A stretch of 64,000 bases of DNA from Candidatus Latescibacterota bacterium (GTDB lineage Bacteria; Latescibacterota; UBA2968; UBA8231), in assembly GCA_965248355.1 (NCBI GenBank), contig OZ252098.1, forward strand, positions 4,352,001 through 4,416,000. The letters run 5' to 3'. Under the pieces are notes generated by a model. The model worked only from the letters and a program-made list of their open reading frames with translations. It made no database searches and was not told the DNA's origin. Positions 47,778 through 57,405 of this stretch are shown here, piece after piece. Position 1 is the stretch's first letter, and each line of letters starts with the position of its first letter. Both the position numbers and the translations under genes were made by a program.

Positions 47778-49406
47778 ATGACGAATATACGGGGACTCCG
47801 AGGGCTCTCAACCATGCTGGCGCCGGCCGCCACCGTCGCCCTGACCTGGATCGTCTACGCCGGCAGCCTGGCGAACGGGTTCGTCTTCGACGACTCCGCC
47901 TACCTGGGCAGCCCGGCGGTCCGCGACTTCGACCTGCGCGCCCTCGTGCTGGCCAACTGGGCGGGTCTCGATCTCTACCGTCCCCTGGCGCTGATTTCCA
48001 TCGCCGCCGATCACGCCCTCTGGGGCGAGTTGGCCGCCGGCTTCCACCTGACCAACGTCGCCCTGCACGGTGCCGCGGCCTCGGTGGTCTGGTGGCTGGC
48101 CCGGCCCCTTGCGGGCCAGCGCGCGGCCTGGATCGCGGCCCTGGTCTTCGGACTGCATCCGTTGCAGTCCGGGGTCGTCTACTGGATCTCGGCACGCGCC
48201 GATCTGCTCTCGTCCGGTCTGGTGCTCCTCGGGCTGGGGGCCCACCTGCGAGCCGGCCCGGAGGGTGGTCGCGCCGGCGGCTGGCGGTGGCTGGCGACCG
48301 GCTGCTGCGCCCTGGCGCCGCTGGCCAAGGAGACCGGCGCCCTGTTGCCCGTCGCCGCCTGGTGGCTCGACCGCTGCCGTCCGGCGCCCGGCGTCCGGCG
48401 CCCGCTGGCGCGCCACGGCCTGGCCTGGGTGCGGCGCCATCCCGGCTATCTCGCCGCCCTGGCCGCGGCCCTCGCCCTGCGCACGGTCGTGGTCTCGGGC
48501 GGCGCCGAGCCACCCGAGAGCGCCAACTTCCTGGCCTCCGCGGGGCTGGCGGATCGCTGGGCGATGTCCGTTGCGATCCTGGGGCGCTACGCCTCGCTGG
48601 TGGTCTTCCCCCTCCACCTGTCGGCGGACTACTCCTTCGACTCGATCCCCCTGAGCGGGGCCAGCGACCCCTGGCTCTACGCCGGCCTCGCGGTCCTGAT
48701 CGGCCTGGCGCTGGCCGCCCGGCGACAAGAGGGGGTGGCCTCCTTTGCCGCCGGCGCCTTCCTCCTGGCCTGGCTGCCGGTCTCGAACCTCCTGGTACTG
48801 GCCCCGAGCGCCATGGCGGAGCGCTACGTGTACGCCGGGTTCCACGCCGTCGCTCTGGCTGCCGGATGGGCCGCCGGCCGGCTGCTCCAGGGCTCGAAGG
48901 GGAGGCGGCGGGCGGCCGCCGCGGGGCTGTCCCTGGTGGCCGGCCTGTGGATCCTGCGCGTCGAGGCCCGGGCCGGCGATTGGCGCGATGACGGCGCCTT
49001 GTTCACCGCCGTGAACCGCCGCCATCCCCGAAACGCCAGGGCGCTGGAGAACCTGGGCCACTGGAGGGCCCGCCAGGGAGACCTGAAGTCAGCCGTGGGC
49101 CTCTACCGCGAGGCCCTGGTCGTGCGGCCCGAAAACCTGCGGGCCCTGATCAATCTGGGCCTCCTCGAGTCGCGCAGAGGACAGCTGCCGGAGGCCGCCG
49201 TGGCTTTCGGTGGGGCCCTGAGCCTGAATCCCGAGCACTCCGGCGCCCTGCTGGGCCGGGCTCGGGCCCTGGAGGGGTTGGGACGACTGGAGGAAGCGGC
49301 CCACGACTACCGCAGGCTCCTCTCCCTGGCTCCCGGCCACGCCGGCGCGGCGGCCGGGCTCGCCCGCCTGCGGGCCGGCGGGGATCCGGACGGAGGTGGC
49401 CCCTGA
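47778..49406 (+). CDS. TMTC-like GT-C membrane protein (putative protein O-mannosyltransferase) with TPRs
   Basis: YAGSLANGFVFDD, YRPL, FHLTNVALH, FGLHPL..V.WISAR, LAKE, LSADYS, AERYVY, W-R-D-D then TPRs. Confidence 0.85.
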   Translation: MTNIRGLRGLSTMLAPAATVALTWIVYAGSLANGFVFDDSAYLGSPAVRDFDLRALVLANWAGLDLYRPLALISIAADHALWGELAAGFHLTNVALHGAAASVVWWLARPLAGQRAAWIAALVFGLHPLQSGVVYWISARADLLSSGLVLLGLGAHLRAGPEGGRAGGWRWLATGCCALAPLAKETGALLPVAAWWLDRCRPAPGVRRPLARHGLAWVRRHPGYLAALAAALALRTVVVSGGAEPPESANFLASAGLADRWAMSVAILGRYASLVVFPLHLSADYSFDSIPLSGASDPWLYAGLAVLIGLALAARRQEGVASFAAGAFLLAWLPVSNLLVLAPSAMAERYVYAGFHAVALAAGWAAGRLLQGSKGRRRAAAAGLSLVAGLWILRVEARAGDWRDDGALFTAVNRRHPRNARALENLGHWRARQGDLKSAVGLYREALVVRPENLRALINLGLLESRRGQLPEAAVAFGGALSLNPEHSGALLGRARALEGLGRLEEAAHDYRRLLSLAPGHAGAAAGLARLRAGGDPDGGGP

Positions 49407-51190
49407 CCGCCGGCGGGGAACGTGGGGCCGGTGGCCCGGGCCGCTGGCGGGGCCGGCTGCTGGCGCTGGCGGCCGGGGTTCTCCTGGTCGCCGGGATCGA
49501 GGCTCTTCTGCACCTGGTGCCCGGCTTTTCTCCGCCGCCCCTCGTGCTCACCCTCGCCGAGGAGGCCGGTTCGGGGCGCGCTCTGCGCCAGCTCAATCCC
49601 CTCTATCCGCGGCGCTTTTTCGCCGGTTCCATGGGCGGATTCGACCTGGGGGGCGTGCGGCTGGCCCCGCACCGCTTCGTCGATCCACCCCCGGACTCCG
49701 CCCTGCGGGTGGTCGCCATCGGCGCCTCCACGATCCAGGGCTATCCGCATCCCGCCCGTCTGGCGGCGCCGGCCCTCTTGGAGTCGCTGCTCGCCGGCGC
49801 CCTGGACCGCCCGGTGCAGGTCCTGAATCTGGGGATCACCTCGCTGGCCAGCTTCGCCGTCGCCCGGGTCGTCGACGACGCGCTGAGGAGCCTCGAGCCG
49901 GACCTGGTCGTCGTCTACACCGGCCACAACGAGTTCTACGGGGTCTACGGAGTCGCCGCCCTGCGCCAGGGCGGGCCCAGTCCCTGGACCCGGCACCTCC
50001 ACTATCGCCTGATGAGGCTCCGGCTGACCGGCCTCGTGCGCTGGCTCTCCGCGCAGGTCCGGCGGCGGCCGGCGCCGGACCAGAACCTGCTGGCGGCCAT
50101 GGGTTCGGCGGGTCCGGTGCCATCCGGCCATCCCGCGCGGGAGCGCGCCGTGCGCCAGCTGCGGTCCAGCCTCGAGGAGATCGCGGCCGCATGCCGGCGG
50201 GCCGGGAGCCGCCTCGTGCTGTGCGCGCCGGCCGCCAACGACGCCGGGTTCATGCCGGACACCACCGCCGCCGCCGGGCGGCGGGCGGCGGCGCAGATGG
50301 ACCGCGCCCGGGCCTTGGCCGCGGCCGGCCTTCCGGAGGAGGCGAGACGGGCCTTCGCCGCGGCCCGGGAGGCCGATCCGGCGCCCTGGCGGGCGCCTCC
50401 GGATCTGGTGCGTACGGTGCGCGAGATCGCCGCGGCCCACGGCGTATCCCTGGCCGACGCCGAGCGCCGGCTTGCCGATGCTGCGGCTGACGCCGCCACC
50501 GGATGGGACCTCATGGTAGACCACGTGCATCCCACGGCCCGGGGACACGCCCTGCTGGCGCGGTCCGTGGTGGCCGCCCTGGTCGGCACCCCGCCCCCCT
50601 GGGACGTGCCTGCGGACTGGGAGAACAAGGTCCCCGGGGACGCCGGTCTGCTCAGCGCTCACGGGCGCCTGCCGGTCGAGAACTTCGCCCTGGCCGAGGC
50701 GGCGGCCGGCCTGCTGTCCCGGCCTCCGATCCGGCAGCCCGGCCGTGCCGCCCGGCTGCGGCGGCAGGCCGGGGGGCTCTGGGCCGGGCTCGGGGAGAGC
50801 GAGCGCAGGGGCTACGAAGCCTGGGCCGGAATGGGCCGGCGTCCTCCCCTGGTCCTGCCCGTGGCCGACCAGCTGTTCGCCGCCCGGCGTTTCGCGGAGG
50901 CCGGCGAGCACTACCGGGCGGCGGTCCGGGAGGCCCCCTTCACCCCCTGGGGGGACCTGTGGCCGGCCCTGCGGCTGGGCCGGTGCCGCCTCTATCTGCA
51001 GGACGGCCGCCTCACCCCCGACCAACGCGCCGACGTGGAGGCGGCGGTCCGGCGAGCCGGCCTGGTGGCCCTGACCGCCGCCGTCGATCCGCACTTCGTG
51101 CGCACCTTCGACGACTATGCCAGGCGCCTCCTGGCCGCGCCGTCCGGAAAAGGGCGGCCGGCCGACCCTGGGGGGCACCTTTTTCCTTGA
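49403..51190 (+). CDS. Membrane-anchored SGNH/GDSL hydrolase-fold protein with TPR-like segments
   Basis: IGASTIQG, LNLGITS, YTGHNEFYG, MVDHVHP. The N-terminal anchor RLLALAAGVLLVAGIEALL requires the CTG start at 49403, which has GGAGGT 5 nt upstream. Confidence 0.8.
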   Translation: MTAGGERGAGGPGRWRGRLLALAAGVLLVAGIEALLHLVPGFSPPPLVLTLAEEAGSGRALRQLNPLYPRRFFAGSMGGFDLGGVRLAPHRFVDPPPDSALRVVAIGASTIQGYPHPARLAAPALLESLLAGALDRPVQVLNLGITSLASFAVARVVDDALRSLEPDLVVVYTGHNEFYGVYGVAALRQGGPSPWTRHLHYRLMRLRLTGLVRWLSAQVRRRPAPDQNLLAAMGSAGPVPSGHPARERAVRQLRSSLEEIAAACRRAGSRLVLCAPAANDAGFMPDTTAAAGRRAAAQMDRARALAAAGLPEEARRAFAAAREADPAPWRAPPDLVRTVREIAAAHGVSLADAERRLADAAADAATGWDLMVDHVHPTARGHALLARSVVAALVGTPPPWDVPADWENKVPGDAGLLSAHGRLPVENFALAEAAAGLLSRPPIRQPGRAARLRRQAGGLWAGLGESERRGYEAWAGMGRRPPLVLPVADQLFAARRFAEAGEHYRAAVREAPFTPWGDLWPALRLGRCRLYLQDGRLTPDQRADVEAAVRRAGLVALTAAVDPHFVRTFDDYARRLLAAPSGKGRPADPGGHLFP

Positions 51191-51213
51191 CCGGCACCGG
51201 GCGATTGTATATT
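51187..51213 (+). promoter_or_regulatory. Possible sigma70 promoter
   Basis: TTGACC-N15-TATATT in an AT-rich patch before gene 51301; the spacer is short. Confidence 0.35.
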
Positions 51214-51300
51214 TATTGCGCGCTAAAGATAGCGTCGGGCTGCCGCTCGATCCGGTCACCCCAGCCTCGAATCGCACCACACCCAGCCTGGAGAAGCACC

Positions 51301-52185
51301 ATGCGCAGACTTCGCACCATTTGCACCCTCGCCGCCTTCGTCGTCGCCGGGCCCGCAACGTCGGCCTGGGCGCACTTCCCGGCCGGCGAGTTCCTCTTCG
51401 CCGTGCAGTTCCCCGATGCCAACGTCCCGGACGTCGACGGCAACCTGGCCGACTGGGACGTCGTGCCTCAGGTGCCGTACGAGGTCGGAAACGACATGTA
51501 CTCAGATGCCGTCTACAGCAAGGTGCGGGGCGAGATCGACGTCTCCGACCTGAGCGTGCGGCAGATCGTCGGCTGGAACGACAACAACAACCGCCTCTAC
51601 CTGATGGCCGAGGTCTTCGACAACGTCCACAATGCGGACCGCGAGGATCCGGCCCAGTTCTGGGCCGACGACGCCTGGGAGATCTACATCGCCCCGACCC
51701 ACCCCGAAGCCGAGGGCGGGGGTGAGTACGACATCAAGCAGTCCTTCAACTTCGCCATGCCCCCGATAGGCGGCAACTGGGGTCAGAACCTGCCCGACTT
51801 CGAGTGGCGCGTCGATCCTTTCAACGAGGACACCTGGGAGTTGCAGTATTCCTTCACGGGCGAGGAGTTCGGCGAGAGCACCTACTACTACGAGATGTGG
51901 ATCCTGCCCCTCGACTTCATCCCCGCCGACGGCGACCGCGAGGCCGCGGAGGAGACCGATCTCGAGGAAGGACAGGTCATCGCCATGAGCTGGACCTTCG
52001 GCGACTTCGACGAGCCCGGCACGACCTACCAGGGCTTCTGGTCCACCTCGCCGAACGGTTGTTGTCGCGCCGACAACGACATGGTCATGAGCGAGGCCGA
52101 CGACAGCATCGACTGGGGTACGCAGATGACGGCTGTCGAGGCCGACTCCTGGGGCCGCATCAAGTCCCAGTTCGTCGACAAGTAG
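51301..52185 (+). CDS. Secreted acidic DOMON/CBM9-like protein with C-terminal TAVEADSWGRIK motif
   Basis: GGAGAA RBS, AWA signal cleavage; VDGNLADW, GWNDNNNRLY, WADDAWEIYI, YYYE. Confidence 0.75.
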   Translation: MRRLRTICTLAAFVVAGPATSAWAHFPAGEFLFAVQFPDANVPDVDGNLADWDVVPQVPYEVGNDMYSDAVYSKVRGEIDVSDLSVRQIVGWNDNNNRLYLMAEVFDNVHNADREDPAQFWADDAWEIYIAPTHPEAEGGGEYDIKQSFNFAMPPIGGNWGQNLPDFEWRVDPFNEDTWELQYSFTGEEFGESTYYYEMWILPLDFIPADGDREAAEETDLEEGQVIAMSWTFGDFDEPGTTYQGFWSTSPNGCCRADNDMVMSEADDSIDWGTQMTAVEADSWGRIKSQFVDK

Positions 52186-52260
52186 CAACAGCGGGGGCGG
52201 TCCTTTTCGCCGTCCGGCGAATGTCGGTGAGCGACCGGGATCCCACCGATCGATCCGGCT

Positions 52261-52302
52261 AAAGGGGGGCGATGGGAGCACGACCCATCGCCCCTTTTTT
52301 TT
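52261..52302 (+). terminator. Rho-independent terminator
   Basis: GGGGCGATGGG / CCCATCGCCCC 11-bp stem followed by T8. Confidence 0.85.
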
Positions 52303-52326
52303 GGCGCTTCGGGGAGGGCTTGGAGC

Positions 52327-55044
52327 ATGAACAGGTTTCTCGGTGTGGGGTTGCTCGCCGTCGTCGGGCTCACGGGGGTCCCCGTAGAGGCCATCGACTA
52401 CGGCTCGCGTCTCGGCGTCCAACGCGGGGGGGAGGTGGACTTCGCGCCTCGCGGGCCGGGGGTGCTGTTCGACGCCCTGGATCCGGCCCTCCGGAAGTGG
52501 TACGTCCCCCAGGAGCTCTACAACGACTACCGCTGGCGCCAGTGGGAGTACTCCAACTACGCCCGGCAGGAGTATCAGCGGTACGTGACCACCACCCTTG
52601 AGGGCGACTACTTCTACGACTTCTTCGGCAACTACGTCACCCGCGGCTGGCTGATCTACAACAACATCCAGCGCCAGCCCGAGCAGCGGGGCAGCCAGTT
52701 GTTCAAGGACGGGCGCTTCGGCGGCTGGTTCTCGGACGTGGTCGTTTCCTCCGACAGCAAGGGAGAGTACCACTACGCCATCACCATCGCCAACGGCCTG
52801 CGCACCACCCTCACCCCGCTGACGTTCTCCAAGCCAGACTTCGACGGCGTCCAGTTCGACCTGGCCACCGACAAGTACATGGCCACCGCCCTCTACTCCA
52901 GGGTGAGCCAGTCGGGCGGCAGCAGCACCTTTGCCGAGGGCATCAACCGCACCAACAACACCACCTTGATGGGAGGCCGCGGCACGGTGCAGGTGGGCGA
53001 CTTCACCACCCTGGGCGTCAACTTCGTCAACGCCCACCAGTCCAACACCCTCATCGACGGCTTCCAGGGCAACCCGCTGGCGGGGGAGCTGACCATCGAT
53101 CAGAAGGCCGAGCCGATCAGCTGGATCGAGGTCCTCCTCAGCGACGACTCCCCCGGGGATGGCGAGGGCGGGGCCGCCTTCTTCCCGGCCGGCTCAGACA
53201 TCGCCATCACCTACCTCGATGGCTCCGTCGACCGGGGCAAGAAGATCGGCTTCGCGCCGACCGTGGAGGGCGGGTTCCCCCAGGAGGGATTCGTATCGGC
53301 CGACGGGGAGGAGCAGATCACCCTGCGCTACGACTTCGAGAGTCCCGACTTCCTGCTCACCGCCTCCCAGGACAAGACGCAGATCCGCAAGGTCGAGTTC
53401 GAGCTCGTCCTCGGCAACGACTACAAGGTCCAGTACACCTCCAACCGCCAGGAGGGCAGCGCCAGCGACCCCGTCTTCCTGCTCGTGGCCCAGGCCCGGG
53501 GCAACGTCAAGGACAACACGAACCTGTCCATCGTCACCTTCGAGTACGGCCTGCCCACGGCTACCAGCATCTTCGGGTTCACGGTGGAGATCACCGACGT
53601 CAAGGGGGTGAACGTCTACGGCGAGTGGGACAACAGCCGCGTCTACCGCAAGTACCCCTACCCGAGCAACGACCAGGGCAACACCGACCACTCCCGATCG
53701 TCCGGGACCGACCAGCGTCCCTCGGCCAGCGCCTGGATGGTCCACGGCGACAAGAACGACTATCCGTTCTTCGCCTACGGCGAGGCCTTCGAGATCGATC
53801 CCGAGTATGCCACGAGCATCTGGGTCACCGAGCAGGACGGCACCATCGACTACACCTCCGGCTACTACCAGCGCGGCCAGCCCGGCCGCATCGAGCGCTT
53901 CACCTACGAGTTCGTCGAGGACAACGACGATCAGGACCGTACCCCCGACTGGGGCCGCAATGACGCCTTGGGCACCGACTACGCCGTGTTCCCCGGCTGG
54001 GACGAGAACAACGACTTCATCCCGGACTTCAACCAGAACGACAACGGACGCGTCATCAACCTGATCCCCGACTACGAGGAGCCCTTCCTCCGGCAGAACG
54101 TGGACCGGCCTGAGTTCCTCTACGGGATCGATGCCAACAACAACACCTGGGTGGACCGCTTCGAGAACGACAACGAGCCCGATCTGCCCTACAAGAGGAA
54201 CCGGCGGGGCTGGAACGCCTATGCCGGTATGTACCTGACACCCCAGGTGCGAGTAGCCGCCGGGCGGCTCGAGGAGGAGGAGATCACCTCCGACCGGGCG
54301 AACGAGACCTCCTACGCCCTGCTGAACGTCGACGCCGACCATCCCCTCTGGGGTCGGTTTCGCTTCTTCGAGATGGTCAAGAGCATGCGGGACGACCTGC
54401 CGGACAACATCCTCCAGTGGGACAACCGTAACACCCTGCGCAACGACCGCAACGTCGAAGTCATCGACCCCTTGCTCGGCCGCGACACCTTCTCCAACAC
54501 GGTCGCCCTGGCCCATTCCGTGTCGCCCCTGGGCGGCCTGCGCGTGAAGAACAGCTTCAAGTGGGACCTTTGGCACCAGCGGCTGAGCGCGGAGGAGCGC
54601 CGGCCCCTGGGCCTGGGATCCAGGGAGTTCTTCATCGGCCTGATCAACAAGGCGGAGTACCGCTTCGACTTGGGCCGCCTGGAGATCGAGCCCCGCTGGA
54701 AGAGCGAGTTCCGGCATCAGACCTACGACCTCTTCTCCAACCGCGAGCGGCGCGAGCTCACCGAGATCGTGGGGACCATCGTCGAGTTCCCCATGCTGAG
54801 CCATTCCGTCGTCTCCACCGGGTTGGAGTACGTGCGCTTCAGCGACCTGGACAGCGACGTGAACGACTTCCAGTCCTTCATCGTCGCCGGGCAGTTGACC
54901 AATGTCTCCGCGTACCAGGGATACCAGTTGACCACTCAGGTCGGCCTCAAGCACGACCTCCGGGACTTCGAGGATCCCTCGGTGAAGAGCAAGTCCGTAA
55001 CCGAGGGTTTCATCACCGTCTACGCGGGTCTGGGCACCCCCTGA
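52327..55044 (+). CDS. Large exported protein, probably outer-membrane beta-barrel-containing, with Asp/Asn-rich Ca-binding-like segments
   Basis: Signal peptide; amphipathic beta-strand-like C-terminal part ending GFITVYAGLGTP; DENNDFIPD, DANNNTWVD, DNDDQDRTPD motifs. Confidence 0.65.
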   Translation: MNRFLGVGLLAVVGLTGVPVEAIDYGSRLGVQRGGEVDFAPRGPGVLFDALDPALRKWYVPQELYNDYRWRQWEYSNYARQEYQRYVTTTLEGDYFYDFFGNYVTRGWLIYNNIQRQPEQRGSQLFKDGRFGGWFSDVVVSSDSKGEYHYAITIANGLRTTLTPLTFSKPDFDGVQFDLATDKYMATALYSRVSQSGGSSTFAEGINRTNNTTLMGGRGTVQVGDFTTLGVNFVNAHQSNTLIDGFQGNPLAGELTIDQKAEPISWIEVLLSDDSPGDGEGGAAFFPAGSDIAITYLDGSVDRGKKIGFAPTVEGGFPQEGFVSADGEEQITLRYDFESPDFLLTASQDKTQIRKVEFELVLGNDYKVQYTSNRQEGSASDPVFLLVAQARGNVKDNTNLSIVTFEYGLPTATSIFGFTVEITDVKGVNVYGEWDNSRVYRKYPYPSNDQGNTDHSRSSGTDQRPSASAWMVHGDKNDYPFFAYGEAFEIDPEYATSIWVTEQDGTIDYTSGYYQRGQPGRIERFTYEFVEDNDDQDRTPDWGRNDALGTDYAVFPGWDENNDFIPDFNQNDNGRVINLIPDYEEPFLRQNVDRPEFLYGIDANNNTWVDRFENDNEPDLPYKRNRRGWNAYAGMYLTPQVRVAAGRLEEEEITSDRANETSYALLNVDADHPLWGRFRFFEMVKSMRDDLPDNILQWDNRNTLRNDRNVEVIDPLLGRDTFSNTVALAHSVSPLGGLRVKNSFKWDLWHQRLSAEERRPLGLGSREFFIGLINKAEYRFDLGRLEIEPRWKSEFRHQTYDLFSNRERRELTEIVGTIVEFPMLSHSVVSTGLEYVRFSDLDSDVNDFQSFIVAGQLTNVSAYQGYQLTTQVGLKHDLRDFEDPSVKSKSVTEGFITVYAGLGTP

Positions 55045-55081
55045 GGCGCCTTCAACGACTCGGCGGCGGCGGCCAGGAGGC

Positions 55082-57388
55082 GTGCGGCCGGCCCTGAGCG
55101 GTATTCGGTCCCACTGGCGAGGCGGTTCCGGAGCGGCGGCGATCTTCGCCGTCGCCCTCGTCCTCCGTTTCGCCTATCTGAGCGAGATCGACAGCAGTCC
55201 CTTCTTCGACGCTCCCGTCGTCGACGCCCGCACCTACGCCGACGCGGCCCGAGAGTTGGCCGCCGGTGCTTGGCTCGGCCCGGGCGCGCCCTTCTGGCAG
55301 CCCCCCCTCTACCCCTATTTCCTCGGTGCGGTCTGGGCGGTCACCGGCGTCGGGTGGATCGCGCCGCGGGTCCTGCAGGCCCTCCTCGGGGCCCTGACCT
55401 GCGTTCTGCTCTGGCGGTTGGGGTGCCGCACTCTGTCGGGACCCGTGGGGCTGGCGGCAGCCCTCGCCGCGGCCCTTTGGGGGCCCCTGGTGCTGTTCGG
55501 AGGCGAGCTGCTGCCGGCCGCCCTTGCAGTGCCCCTCGACCTCGCGGCGCTGCTGCTCTTGTTGGGCGCCGCGGAGGCGTCGACTCGCGGCGCACGGGCC
55601 CGCGGGGCGCTCCTGGCCGGGGCGGGCATGGGAGTGGCGGCCCTGTGCGTGGCCAACGTGCTGGCCTTCGTGCCGGTGGCCGCCGCCTGGCTGGCGCGGC
55701 GGCGGTCCCCGGCGACCGGACCCGCCTGGCTGGCGCCGGGGATGGTGTTCGTCGGAGCGGCCCTGGCTATCGCCCCGGTCACGGCGCGCAACGTCCTGGT
55801 GGGCCACGACCTCGTGCTGATCTCCTCCAACGCCGGGGTCAACGCCTTCATCGGCAACAACCCCGACTTCGAGCGCACCCGGGCCATCGAGCCCGGACCG
55901 GAATGGGTGGAGCTGGTCTCCCGTCCGCGGCGGGAAGCCGGGGCCATCACCCCGTCGGGCCAGTCGCGGTGGTTCCTCGTCCGCGCCCTCGAGTTTGCGG
56001 TCACCGAACCGGCGGCCTGGTTGCGGCTCACCGCCCACAAGGCCCACCGCTTCGTCCACGGCGCCGAGACCGGCCGCAACCTGGACCTCTACCAGGCCCG
56101 GACCTGGTCCGGACTGCTGTCGGCCCTTCTCTGGAGCCGCGGCCTGGCCTTCCCCATGGGACTGGCCATGCCCCTGGCCCTGCTGGGGGTGCTCCTGGGA
56201 TGGCGGGAAGGCAGGTTCAGGTGCCCCCGGGCGCGTCTGTTGCTGTGGTTCCTGGCGGTCTACGGCGGGACCGTGATCGCCTTCTTACCGGCTTCCCGTT
56301 ACCGGCTTCCCGTGGTGCCCGTGCTGCTGCTGCTGGCCGCCCTCGGCGCCCGGGAGCTGGCGGTGTGGGCGCGCCGCGGCTGGCGGCAGGCCGCGCTTCC
56401 CGCCGGCGTCCTGCTCGCCTTCGGTGCTCTGTGCAACATCGACGCCCCGGTCATGGATCCGGAGGGAGGCGCCTCGACGCAGCACCGTCTGGGCTTCGTC
56501 TATCAGCAGAAGGGGATGGGGGCGAACGCCCTGCGCCACTACCGGCGCGCTCTGCAACTCGACCCGGAGATCCGCGGGGCCCGCTACAACCTGGGAGCCC
56601 TGTACGCGGAGCAAGGCCGGTTCGAGCGCGCCGTCCGGGAGTTCGAGGCCTTCGTGGCGCGCTTCCCGGACGACCCACAGGGCCTGCTGGCCCTGGGCGA
56701 TGCCCGCCTGCGCGCCGGGCGCCACGCCGCCGCCGTGAAAGCCTACCAGGACCTGCTGAGCCATCCCGGCCTGGCCGAGGCCCGGGCCCACGGCGCCGTG
56801 GCCGGGGGTCCGGTCGAGATCCATGGACGCCTGGCGGCGGCGCAGGCGCAGATCGGCCGGTTCGAGGAGGCCGCGTCCGCTTACCGGTCCCTGCTCGAGT
56901 TGGCGCCGGATTCACTGAACGCCCGCCTTCAACTGGGCATGGTGCTGGAGGAGCGCGGACGGCTCGCCGAATCAGAGTGGGAATACGCCGGGATTCTGGA
57001 ACTCGACCCCGGCCACGCGGACGCCCACGTGCGCCTGGCCGGACTGCTGTTCCGGGGAGACCGCCCGCAGGAGGCCAAGTCACATCTGGCGCGAGCCATC
57101 GAGCTTCGTCCGGAGAGCATGGAGGCGCGCTGGATGCTGGCGGCGCAGTTGATCGTCGAGCACCGCGGTCCCGAGGCCCTGGAGCAGGCCGAGGCGATCC
57201 TGGCGGTCGATCCCGATCATTTCGGGGCTACCTGGATCGCCGGCCATCTCCACCAGATCGTCGGGGACAGCCTCGTGGGCGCGGCCCACATCGAGCGCCT
57301 CAAGCGGCTCCACGTGAACCGGCGCCACGAAGGCTTTGCCGAGAGCCTCAAGCAGAGCCTGCGGGAGATGATGGAGGGGTTGCGCTGA
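55082..57388 (+). CDS. ArnT/GT39(PMT)-like GT-C glycosyltransferase with C-terminal TPRs
   Basis: PVVDARTY, FWQPPLYPYFLG, NAGVNAFIGNNP, SRYRLPVVP; TPR tail. Confidence 0.85.
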   Translation: MRPALSGIRSHWRGGSGAAAIFAVALVLRFAYLSEIDSSPFFDAPVVDARTYADAARELAAGAWLGPGAPFWQPPLYPYFLGAVWAVTGVGWIAPRVLQALLGALTCVLLWRLGCRTLSGPVGLAAALAAALWGPLVLFGGELLPAALAVPLDLAALLLLLGAAEASTRGARARGALLAGAGMGVAALCVANVLAFVPVAAAWLARRRSPATGPAWLAPGMVFVGAALAIAPVTARNVLVGHDLVLISSNAGVNAFIGNNPDFERTRAIEPGPEWVELVSRPRREAGAITPSGQSRWFLVRALEFAVTEPAAWLRLTAHKAHRFVHGAETGRNLDLYQARTWSGLLSALLWSRGLAFPMGLAMPLALLGVLLGWREGRFRCPRARLLLWFLAVYGGTVIAFLPASRYRLPVVPVLLLLAALGARELAVWARRGWRQAALPAGVLLAFGALCNIDAPVMDPEGGASTQHRLGFVYQQKGMGANALRHYRRALQLDPEIRGARYNLGALYAEQGRFERAVREFEAFVARFPDDPQGLLALGDARLRAGRHAAAVKAYQDLLSHPGLAEARAHGAVAGGPVEIHGRLAAAQAQIGRFEEAASAYRSLLELAPDSLNARLQLGMVLEERGRLAESEWEYAGILELDPGHADAHVRLAGLLFRGDRPQEAKSHLARAIELRPESMEARWMLAAQLIVEHRGPEALEQAEAILAVDPDHFGATWIAGHLHQIVGDSLVGAAHIERLKRLHVNRRHEGFAESLKQSLREMMEGLR

Positions 57389-57405
57389 GCGCCTGGAGCG
57401 GTCGG

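Noticed and set aside
49396..49517. Frameshift at the start of the second SGNH gene
   Set aside because: The frame is open from CTG 49403 with a good SD, so no frameshift is needed.
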